Shown: positions 9,501-18,300 of the stretch, piece after piece
Layout: the number at the start of each line of letters is the position of its first letter
Position numbering within the stretch: position 1 is the first letter of the stretch
Source of the DNA: a virus
Lineage: Duplodnaviria; Caudoviricetes
DNA: 64,000 bases
Virus record (IMG/VR): IMGVR_UViG_2974666105_000001
Span: 1-64,000 of that record
Direction: 5' to 3' (one strand)
The notes under the pieces: model-generated
Told to the model about the DNA's origin: nothing
What the model saw: only the letters and a program-made list of their open reading frames with translations
The model's database searches: none
Translations under genes and position numbers: made by a program

Positions 9501-11006
9501 TGTCTGTTGCTTGTCAGACGCATATGCTGAGTTAGATACTTTACTATCAATCAAGTCAGCAGTCTGTGTTTGATAAGTTGAGAAATCACTAGAAGATACT
9601 TTTGAAGCAATATCTTTAGCCGTCTGTGTTTTGTCTGTTTGATAAGTTCCGTTATCAACTTTTGATTCAATTAACTTGCTAGTTTGTGTTTGATAGGTTT
9701 CAAAGTCACCATTATCAACTTTAGACGCTATTTGACTAGCTGTTTGAGTTTGATAGGTTGAAAAAGCGCTATTACTTACTCTATCTGCAATTTGACTAGC
9801 TGTCTGGGTCTTATCTGAGGCATACTCTGAACTAGAAACCTTATTATCAATTAAGTCAGCTGTTTGGGACTTATAGGTGTTAAAATCACCATTATCGACT
9901 TTGCTAGATATTTCTTTAGCAGTTGTCGCTTGGTAAGCTGAGAAGTCCTTAGTAGCCACCTTTTGGGCTATTAAGTCAGCGGTAGTCGTTTGATAGGCTG
10001 AGAAAGCACCATTATCAACTTTCTGCGCTATCTGGCTAGCTGTCTGAACCTTGTAACTAGCATAGTCTGAGTTAGCAACCTTTGTAGCTAGTCCATTTTC
10101 TAGTTCAGCAATCGTTAGCTTGGAACCATCTTTTAGGTCTGTCACTGCTTGACTAGTTACTTTACCAGTATCTATTGCTGTAGTCGCTTGGCTAAACGCA
10201 TTATCAGCTGTACTTTGAGCCTTAGTAGTAGCCGTAGAGTTATTGCTTATCTCAGCACTAGCTTGACTACCAACCGCTTGAGCTTGGCTAAACGCATTAT
10301 CAGCTGTACTTTGAGCCTTAGCAGTAGCCTGTGAGTTAACTGCCATTTGAGAGTTAGCATATGAATAGGCATTATTGGCCGTACTCTGAGCTTTAGCAGT
10401 AGCCTGAGAGTTGATCGCTATTTCAGCACTAGCTTGACTACCGACTGCTTGAGCTTGGCTAAACGCATTATCAGCTGTGCTCTGAGCTTTGGCAGTAGCA
10501 GTAGATTGGACCGCTATTTCTGAATTGGCGTAATTGTAATTGCTATCTGCGGCTGATTTAGCGGCATTTGCCATTGAAGCCGCCTGACTTGTAGCACTGG
10601 CTGCACTTGTAAACTTACCGTCTGTATTATTCTTTAGGGCTGTTTGTATCTTTGCAAGTTCGGAATTATAGGCGTCTTGATAATTTTTATAAGTCTTTCG
10701 ATCTACATCACTGGCGTGATCTGGATCTGTCAACACATCAATCATGAACTTGTTTAAATTATTATATGCGGTGATTAAAGAATCTGTATTGATTCCTTCG
10801 TCCTTTGCATTTTGAACAATTACATTATATTGTGACGTTAATCCCGCAAATTGTACGACATTATTTTGTTTCTCAATCACAGACATCAAATTAGGGTCAT
10901 TTAAATCTGTAACCCCCTTAACAGCAGTGTTCGCCGTGTCTTGTGAATCTTGTGCTAATTTTGTCGGATTAGTAATGTTGACTTCAACGAAAGCACTTTT
11001 TGTCAA
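6567..11006 (-). CDS. Tail fibre / host-specificity protein with repeats, CBM domains and C-terminal S74 intramolecular chaperone
   Basis: TTG start with RBS; internal 20-aa repeats; CBM-like segments; C-terminal SSLLSVKRDVK...YQYK plus coiled coil (peptidase S74). Confidence 0.88.
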   Translation of the reverse strand: MTKSAFVEVNITNPTKLAQDSQDTANTAVKGVTDLNDPNLMSVIEKQNNVVQFAGLTSQYNVIVQNAKDEGINTDSLITAYNNLNKFMIDVLTDPDHASDVDRKTYKNYQDAYNSELAKIQTALKNNTDGKFTSAASATSQAASMANAAKSAADSNYNYANSEIAVQSTATAKAQSTADNAFSQAQAVGSQASAEIAINSQATAKAQSTANNAYSYANSQMAVNSQATAKAQSTADNAFSQAQAVGSQASAEISNNSTATTKAQSTADNAFSQATTAIDTGKVTSQAVTDLKDGSKLTIAELENGLATKVANSDYASYKVQTASQIAQKVDNGAFSAYQTTTADLIAQKVATKDFSAYQATTAKEISSKVDNGDFNTYKSQTADLIDNKVSSSEYASDKTQTASQIADRVSNSAFSTYQTQTASQIASKVDNGDFETYQTQTSKLIESKVDNGTYQTDKTQTAKDIASKVSSSDFSTYQTQTADLIDSKVSNSAYASDKQQTASQISERVANSDFETYKTQTAGLIAQKVATSDFSAYQATTAKSIESKVESSDFNTYKTQTADLIDDKVSNSAYASDKTQTASEIADRVSNSAFSTYQTQTASQIASKVDNGDFSTYKTQTAGLIAQKVATSDFSAYQATTAKEISSKVESSDFNTYKTQTADAISSKVESSDFQTLQTQVDNSVVGTNLLTNSNFSDESLTYWTVDPGTTTSFDSSGNLVLAVKAASGNRIYYSASQTLIAGTTYTISFYAYVDSSSTSSSINVKVGPYDNLTSISVSGNTLTRYTGIIKPVWGNSGTLSITVGAFNSGTVGDIVHITRIKLEKGSVATDWSLNPEDQATQSQITQLSGDINLRVTKGDLVDQINIQAGKTLISSSGQLTLSGKSVFLDSVDPVIMKSANIDKLLVGKKLTAADIAANTFTTNNGTFTVDSNGLVTATSLIIRGSTNLVYNSALSGGNGTYIPGWVIGSMGYYSNFTLHDGVPSVGFNNSTGSGNWVNFGQTKRVPLNGLTGQPYSASVWFIDAGSDATMTYQMTLAFYDANGNRLPAGNYTSVNLHGTGSAQAWQYLTIDGFNAPSTASSVGLQYWAYNGKGHALFSSPMLTQTAHSTGYQPDTGNVVSAGTILGTNISASTINGTTFHGGDIINDANNASQFYPTTISSNGHIYTTMFNAADAMQTDLSTGSLTTKYRATNSSSNQYEAYDTNISANQIVLSAGHTNGKDMSFSQSVTGSNQDGYVLISPLDGLTFKGDNQQITFSGTSADVTPKGIIITPYGNINPNGTQNIWYVGNGPTMKTASFGIDGSGANNIKFNRSLDIGNFNINTYHTITSSDNGPIHFNRNDGSSGDIYAATVHYTSLVKSSLLSVKRDVKKADTAYWAQLVNSIDLATYQYKTDDNTSHLRLSSIVDDVNVTKQWQLPDVFVARDENGKLVGVDDSVLLNATLATVQEQQKEIDQLNGHNMELEAKLNKLEAKLNG
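8965..10083 (-). repeat. Tandem 60-bp (20-aa) repeat array, 18 full units + 1 partial
   Basis: Consensus KVxxxDFxxYxTQTAxxIxx; some units are near-identical at DNA level. Confidence 0.92.
10185..10530 (-). repeat. Four 25-29-aa repeats (ATAKAQSTADNAFSQA)
   Basis: Visible in both protein and DNA. Confidence 0.85.
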
Positions 11007-11033
11007 TACTTCACCTTCTTCTTAAACGTGTAG

Positions 11034-13418
11034 CTAATCATCAGAGCTATTACTGTTTTCCCCGTTACCATCATTGACAACTGGCATAGGATCTCTTATC
11101 GTTAGTCCAGAGTTATAGACATACTGCCCGTCAACCGAGCCATCAGGTTCTGTTACTTTAAATGTTTGAACTAATTTATTTCCATCGCCAAAATTATGAA
11201 ACCCAAGTCCTTCTGGTTCAACATGTTTTCCATTCATTCCAAGTTGCTCTTGAGTGTCATAATACATGTGGAATACCTGCCCTCTGTGAATAACGTTAGC
11301 ACAATATAGCTCTGCTGATACGCCGATAGCTTGGTTGCCAACCACCCAATAAACATATGGAAAATTAAGTGTCTGACCCTGAACAATCTGGTCATCGCCA
11401 GTGAAGTCATAATCTAGCCAATTGATACTGTATTCAACGGTTTGAATACCACGTTCGGCGTCTGCCATATTCAAGATTCGATAATTAAATGATGCGTCAC
11501 AATAAGCCAATAAATCATTTTCTCTATCATAATTTACCCTTGCATAGTGATGAGTATCGACTAACTTAATAACGCTGTTTATATCAAGGGTTGCTCCCGC
11601 TTTAAATTGGAATCTGACAATTGACCAGTCGTTGACATCGTTCTTTACAGATGTTATAATCCAAGGAGAACCATTAATATACTTGACACCAAAAGACGTC
11701 CCATGACCACCCATTTTAAGCTTCATTGATGATACATAATTAAAGTTCTTATCTCTTAGAATGAAGGCAGTATCACCACTATCACCAGGGTCTGACGATT
11801 GGTACCAACTACCATCATCAAGTGGCTCTAGGTGTTGCCCTATTCTACTAATAGGATTGTCATATGGATTAAACTTACCAATTAACTTGTATGATTGATT
11901 ATCAATGTGCAATTCTGGGTCCGTAGAAATATAGTCACCGTCAATATACGCTCTAATGTTTCCCATTAATGATGGAGAGACATTAATCAGGTCTCCTGTG
12001 TCTTCCCAATTCGGGTCTACTGACCCATCTGTGTTAATATGGTGCCATGAGAAACCCTTGTCATCAATGTATGTGCTGATATTCTGCTTACCAACCCATG
12101 CACTCAGCATTAATCTTTTGGACGTTTCACCTTGCGAGAAATCAAGTCCATCTGGGTGAGATAAAACTGGTGTAATTGAAGATGCGTCAGATATTGCTTT
12201 TGATAAGGCGTCAGCTAAAGCGTTTTGATAGCCAGTCAGCCATGCTGGCGATGCGACGGGTACGGTAACAAATTCGCCAAAAGCAATGCTGTTTCCGTTC
12301 GGGTTTGCAAAACTTAATGTCCTTTGGATAACTCGACCAGTAGCATTAAGTTCTGGTGTAATGTACTTATCCTTGAACCGAATTGTCGTACCTAAGGGAG
12401 GCAAAAAGTTTGGTGAAACAGTAACCTCATAGTATGTTCTTGGGTGATTAAATAAAGTAAGCATTTGTTTTCCCCAAGAAAGTAATCCACTGGCGGACTG
12501 AATCTGATTAGAAGTTATTACCCCTTCTAAATAGGTATTATTAAGAGACCCAGCATAGTTGTAAGCATTGTTAGCATCGTCGTCAACGATATAGCTTTTG
12601 CCATCATTTTTAGGTTCCATCGTCTCGCCATTTGGGCCATATACATAAAGCTTTGTTATTGGCGCAGATACCGTCGTTCTCTTAATGTCAGTTACGTTTT
12701 TACCGAATACTGCTTCTTCATAGACAATTGACGACGATAGCTCGTCGGTTATCTCAACGATTTTGTCAGATATTTTACCCTGACTATTGATTTTTACATA
12801 TGCGGTAACTTCCACTCCAAAAAGTTGAAGCATGTTTTGTAATAGTACAGTTCCTTTTGTTTTTCCATCAAATGAATCTGTATTTTGAATAGCCACATTG
12901 TTGGTATTAAATTCTAATTCCCAACCAGAATCTTGAAATAACCTGGTAAAAATAGTCTTAATGGATTCGTTTTTTATCGTTGCCGCATCTGGCACTAAAA
13001 ATGCCAAGTCTCTGAGCATCATGTTGCACACATAAGCTACAGTATTGACGGAGGCCGTCATCGTTGTTTCTTCTGTAGTCGTATATATATACATGACATA
13101 CCAACGGTCTAAATAGGCGTCGTAATAAGCTAAATAATTTCCAGCAACTATTTTATCACTATCTGGTTGTCCTTGTGGAACAGTAACAGTCCCTTGGTGA
13201 TCATATTTTTTAGATTGAAGATTAGTATTAACTTCTGATCGATAGTTGTCATCCGTCCCGACACTTACATCATCATCATATTGAGTGTTTGAGCTATCTG
13301 TGTCTGCGATTTGCATTGAGATAGAGTCGCTAGTGAATTTTGTAGCGCCATCAGTCGTTAACACACCAATGTTATTTAAATGTGAGTCTAAAATTAAATA
13401 CTGATTTCCGAGAGACAT
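11034..13418 (-). CDS. Tail tip / Tal-like protein with C-terminal beta-propeller-like domain
   Basis: Follows Dit; phage minor structural protein pattern (ITKLYVYG); C-terminal GHGTSFGV propeller-like motif. Confidence 0.75.
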   Translation of the reverse strand: MSLGNQYLILDSHLNNIGVLTTDGATKFTSDSISMQIADTDSSNTQYDDDVSVGTDDNYRSEVNTNLQSKKYDHQGTVTVPQGQPDSDKIVAGNYLAYYDAYLDRWYVMYIYTTTEETTMTASVNTVAYVCNMMLRDLAFLVPDAATIKNESIKTIFTRLFQDSGWELEFNTNNVAIQNTDSFDGKTKGTVLLQNMLQLFGVEVTAYVKINSQGKISDKIVEITDELSSSIVYEEAVFGKNVTDIKRTTVSAPITKLYVYGPNGETMEPKNDGKSYIVDDDANNAYNYAGSLNNTYLEGVITSNQIQSASGLLSWGKQMLTLFNHPRTYYEVTVSPNFLPPLGTTIRFKDKYITPELNATGRVIQRTLSFANPNGNSIAFGEFVTVPVASPAWLTGYQNALADALSKAISDASSITPVLSHPDGLDFSQGETSKRLMLSAWVGKQNISTYIDDKGFSWHHINTDGSVDPNWEDTGDLINVSPSLMGNIRAYIDGDYISTDPELHIDNQSYKLIGKFNPYDNPISRIGQHLEPLDDGSWYQSSDPGDSGDTAFILRDKNFNYVSSMKLKMGGHGTSFGVKYINGSPWIITSVKNDVNDWSIVRFQFKAGATLDINSVIKLVDTHHYARVNYDRENDLLAYCDASFNYRILNMADAERGIQTVEYSINWLDYDFTGDDQIVQGQTLNFPYVYWVVGNQAIGVSAELYCANVIHRGQVFHMYYDTQEQLGMNGKHVEPEGLGFHNFGDGNKLVQTFKVTEPDGSVDGQYVYNSGLTIRDPMPVVNDGNGENSNSSDD

Positions 13419-13457
13419 AATACTCCTCCTTATATGTATGAATGGGTATCCCCATCC

Positions 13458-15242
13458 TTAAAGCTTTTTAGGTAAATACTTCAAAACTATGTTCGCGTCG
13501 TCTATATCCCCAACCATATTGAGACTGTTAACTCCAGGCTTTAACTTTGGATAGCTGGTGGACCACACAGGGTATTCAATTTTTCCCCCAACGGTTGTTT
13601 TTTGTGCCTCTGAGTCAAGCATAATCTCATCACCAGCGTTTGCAATATATGTTGGTGTGTTATTGTTGCTTATCGCATTGTGCTTGTATACTTCGAGACT
13701 AGTTAAAGACATATATGGTTCATTATAATCAACTTTTTGAATATCCTCGGTGATAGGGCGCTTACCAAAGAAGATAGCAAAACCACCGAGCGCTGTATTA
13801 TAACTGTTCCCAGTTTTGACCGGCTGTTGTGAACTCACAATCAAATACTTGTTTGTATCACGATAAGCCTGCCCGTTAGACAAATTGTGCTGAGTAATCG
13901 ACCAATCAAACTGGTTATCATGATACGATAAATCTAAAAACAGCCACGCATCAGATAAAGCACTAGTTTCTCGCCTATTCTGAACCTTAATATATGTGGC
14001 TACCTTTTGGTTAATCGTTTTCTTTGTTACCTTGCCATTCTTTGCTCTTGAAGTGACCGTTTTTTGGATAGTTTTTGTACCAGTTTTAATATTAACTGTT
14101 TGGTCTGATTGATTACCAAAAGCACCGCTTGGCCCATAGCCATAGTAAAATGTCCGATGTGTACCATCGCCAACATCAAAATTACTTCCGGGTTGAGCGA
14201 TTTGCAAAAAACATTCTGGCCTTGCTCCGTACGCATGATCTGAAATACCAAAGTGTCCAATTGTTTCTCCATTGGGGCTTAGCCACAACAATTGGATCTG
14301 TCCAATTGCTCGACCACTGTGAGTTCCGTTCCATTTTGTATGATGAATACCGGCTTTAATCCGATATTCTGGTAGTGCTTGTGTCATACCATTGTATTTA
14401 TATCCGGGACCCAACCATTTATTGTCGTTGTCGGCTAAACTGGTTGGCATTGTACCATAATCTTTTTTGCCATTAGTTTTCTTAACAATCATCGATCCAG
14501 AATCTTCATTTATTGCCGCCGTCCCTTGGAACACGTGATCAGTGCCAGTTTTGATTGGACTTAACGCGTCGGCCCCATTACTCCAAAGCGCCATCGAATT
14601 GATTGGATCATCAATAACATTTTCCCATTCTTGAACAGCTTGTGCTTGGTCTACTGGGTCTTCCGGCCCAACACCATAGTTTCCGCCATTCAAAGAATAT
14701 CCGACGTATTTTAGTGCTCGCTTTGGAATGATTTGAATGACTGGCTCTGTTTGGGCAGTTCCAGATACAGTAATCGTATTTAGACCATTTTTTAAAGGAA
14801 CTTCTACTTGTGGCAGTGTCGCCCGTGGATCTGACATCACGAATGTGATTGTCGATGTCGTGTCCCAAACACCTTCTTGAACAGCTTGCGGATCACTAAT
14901 TGCAGTAATGTGTCCCCAATAAGTTAGGTCTGGTTGGAATCCAAATACCAATGGAATCTCTTGATTATTATCAGCTTCATCAGTTAATAATAACCCAGCT
15001 AACGTCTGAGTATAATCTAAATAAGACTTTGAGTTTTGTGGTGCCATAATTGTAATTGGAATATTAATTGTCTTTGATGTATAATCTGTTCCACCATAAT
15101 AATTACCATATTTTGCAGGGATGTCAGTTGCAAGTTCTGACATTGTTGGTGCGATTGGTGGGAGCACCATTCCCATAATGACGTGTAAGTCTGTACGACT
15201 ATTAAGGCCGCCTAAACTAAATTCATCTTCTTTTAATGCCAA
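13458..15242 (-). CDS. Distal tail protein (evolved Dit with insertion)
   Basis: TTG start; F.L.G..S...L N-terminus, TSTITFVMSDP, and C-terminal LKPGVNSL; follows the TMP. Confidence 0.85.
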   Translation of the reverse strand: MALKEDEFSLGGLNSRTDLHVIMGMVLPPIAPTMSELATDIPAKYGNYYGGTDYTSKTINIPITIMAPQNSKSYLDYTQTLAGLLLTDEADNNQEIPLVFGFQPDLTYWGHITAISDPQAVQEGVWDTTSTITFVMSDPRATLPQVEVPLKNGLNTITVSGTAQTEPVIQIIPKRALKYVGYSLNGGNYGVGPEDPVDQAQAVQEWENVIDDPINSMALWSNGADALSPIKTGTDHVFQGTAAINEDSGSMIVKKTNGKKDYGTMPTSLADNDNKWLGPGYKYNGMTQALPEYRIKAGIHHTKWNGTHSGRAIGQIQLLWLSPNGETIGHFGISDHAYGARPECFLQIAQPGSNFDVGDGTHRTFYYGYGPSGAFGNQSDQTVNIKTGTKTIQKTVTSRAKNGKVTKKTINQKVATYIKVQNRRETSALSDAWLFLDLSYHDNQFDWSITQHNLSNGQAYRDTNKYLIVSSQQPVKTGNSYNTALGGFAIFFGKRPITEDIQKVDYNEPYMSLTSLEVYKHNAISNNNTPTYIANAGDEIMLDSEAQKTTVGGKIEYPVWSTSYPKLKPGVNSLNMVGDIDDANIVLKYLPKKL

Positions 15243-15300
15243 CGGTTATTCCTCCCACTCTTATTCTATGTACATGGGGGAAATATCCCCCATAAAATGG

Positions 15301-18300
15301 TTAATTTATCAGATGATTATAAACATCTTTTGGTTTCTGTTGTCGTTTAACCGAGTCGTAAATACTTTGATCAGTAATGACAGCAAGATTTGGAGTGTTA
15401 GCTGATCCTAATAAAGCTTGCAATAGCGCGTTCGTCTGTTGCTGTAATGTTACCAGTTGAGAGAGCGTACTATTATCAATATTATTAGAGTTATTAGACG
15501 AGTTTGCGATGCTACCACTTTCAAGATAGTTAATTGATTGCTTCAACTGTCTGATAGCAGCATCCTTATCGGTTAAAGAAACGACCATTTCTGGCTTGTT
15601 CTTTTCAGCGATGTTAATCGTCTGAGCTTTGTCAATTAATCCACCATGTTCCATACCCTTGATGTAACGATAGGCTGCGGATGCGTTAGCCAACCGTGTA
15701 CCACCAGTCGAATCCATGGCGCCACCAGATTCCCATGTTGCAAAGAACTTTTGTGCGGCGGCAGTAGGACTTGTCATACGTAATACGGCCTTCAACATTC
15801 CGTTTGCGCCAGGTTCATTTAAGGCGTAGCCAATTTGACCGGCAGCAGAGTTCCATGCGTAACCGTGTCTTCTTAGCCAACTTCTTAAACCAGTTTCACG
15901 AGTAAACGTCCATTGGCCTAACCCAGTACCGTGGTCACTACTATTGACAGCAGATGGATTTAAGTTAGATTCTTGAATCCAGTTACCCAAAATACCAGCA
16001 ATACCACCATTTTGAGATGCTGGATAACCTTGTTTAAACGCCTTTGCTAAGGCACGAGCACGAGAAGCGACGCTACCTGATAACTTGACGTTACCAACGA
16101 GCTGTTCGTCTTGTCCGGCCTTTAACATCTTCTTAAACCAACTAGTCAATGTGTGTACCACAATGTCGCCGGTCATTCCAATGGCCTTACCAGCTAAACC
16201 GCCACCCTTTGCAAGAGCGTTTAGCGGTGAAGCAATCATAGCAGAAAGATATTTTCCAGGCGACTTAATCATCTTACCAAGGTTATCAATCAGCTTAGAT
16301 GCTTTGGTCTCAACTCCAGAGAACCAATTACCGACACCGTGCACAGCACCGCCAATAGCACTGCCGATACCATCTAACCAGCCAGTGGCACCAGCGAAAG
16401 CTGGAATGCCTTGTCCGCGTTCTAGGTATGGTTGTACCATTCTAGCATCTTCGCCCTTAGCAATTTCAGTGCCCTTTGGAAGATTTACAATGATATTTCG
16501 CTTATTAGGAAACATTCCCATGCGTCCATCTGGTAGTTTGTAGGCTTCGCGCCAATATTTAGACTTAGCATCGTTTACCAGCGCTGGACCACCAGCAGTA
16601 CCCTTTGCATAAGTGCTTATTTTAGATGAACTGTAACTTGCTTTTCCAAGTCTAAAACTCTTGCCAACACCGATTTTCTTTTCAACGCCGTTGATGGCGT
16701 CTGCAACAGCATTCCAACCATTAACAACAGGATGAATAAGTCCGTTGTTAACAATACCAGCCATTGAGTTCCAGATACCATGCCATGCACCTCTCAGAGC
16801 ACTAGCGATTCGTCCCGGCAACTTCTTAAAGAAACTGGACATGTTATTCCCAAAAGTTTTAATTTTTTTCCATATTTTACCAACCCATCCGCCAATGGTG
16901 CTAGAGACAGATTTCCATAACTTAGCCACAGGAGACAATATCTTTCGGAACCATTTCACAACGCTGTTGTAGATGTTATGGACCCATTTTCCGATAGTAC
17001 CTGATATTGACTTCCACCATCGTGAGGCTGTCTTTGAAACAGACTGCCAAGCTTTGGCTACTGGACTTAATATTTTTTTAACCCACTTAGTAACACCTTT
17101 CCAAATATTGTGAGCCCATTTTCCGACCGTACCAGAAATAGATTTCCACCATTTTGATGCTGTCTTAGAGATTGAATGCCATGCTTTAGCTAACGGAGAT
17201 AGGAGCTTACCAATCCACCTAGTAGCGGTGTGATAAATGTTCTTAACAAACTTTGTAACAATCTTTAGCGCACCATTCCATCCTTTGGAGATGCCCTTAC
17301 CAATTTTGCCCATTGTTTTTTGGATTGGCCTGACCATCTTATCAATAGTCTTACGAACATCACTAGCCCAGCGTTTAATTTTCTTTCCAACATCAGTAAA
17401 GAATTTACCCATGTTTCTGACAGCCTTGCCAATTCCTTTGAATAACTTAGCTAGACCAATTGCGGCTAATTTACCAGCAATTGCTCCTAAGGCGGCGATG
17501 AACTTACCAATGCCCTTAACCACACCAGCAATATCCTTGCCAATCGTTACAATTGATTTACCAACAGGACTTGTCTTAAACCATTTGCCGATTTTTTGAA
17601 ATGGCTTCTGAATTGCTTTAACGGCCGGAGCAAAAAATCTTCCGATTCCCTTGACCCATTTCCAAATGGTTTTTTCAATACCAGATAACATTTTTCCAAC
17701 TGACTTTCCGATACCTGTTTTACCAAGACCAGAAAACATTTTTCCAAACGATGAACTAATTGATTTACCAAGACTACTCAAACTAGGCATTTTAATACCT
17801 TTGAATAATCCGCTAAACCACTTACCGATTCCACTAATTTTAGGAAACTTAAAGTTTTTGAACATCTTTCCAATATTAGGAAGTTTAAACCCTTTAAACA
17901 TCTTACCAAAATTGATGTGTGGCATTTTTAGTTTGCCAATCCACTTACCAATACCACCAAACCAATTACCGATTGATTTTTTAATGGTTGACATCTTAGG
18001 CATTTTGAAGTTCTTCATGGACTTCTGGATCTTCTTACCTAATTTGCCACCCCAGTCTTGACCTTTTGATCCACCTAGCCAAGATCCTGCAAGTGATCCA
18101 CCCATAGATCCTAGCTTGGCTCCAACAACAGTCCCTGCGGGTCCAAATAGTGTACCAATAGCACCACCGGCAACGCCACCAATACCTCCGCCGATAGCAC
18201 CACCAGCAAGTGTTCCACCTAATTGTCCGGCTGTTTTACCAACCTTTGAACCAGCATTTTTCTTGTTGATTCCAATAAGGTTCATGGCAGCAAGCCCAGT

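Noticed and set aside
8965-10083. CRISPR array or DGR template/variable repeats
   Set aside because: The repeats are in-frame coding units without unique spacers; no cas or reverse transcriptase gene in the window.
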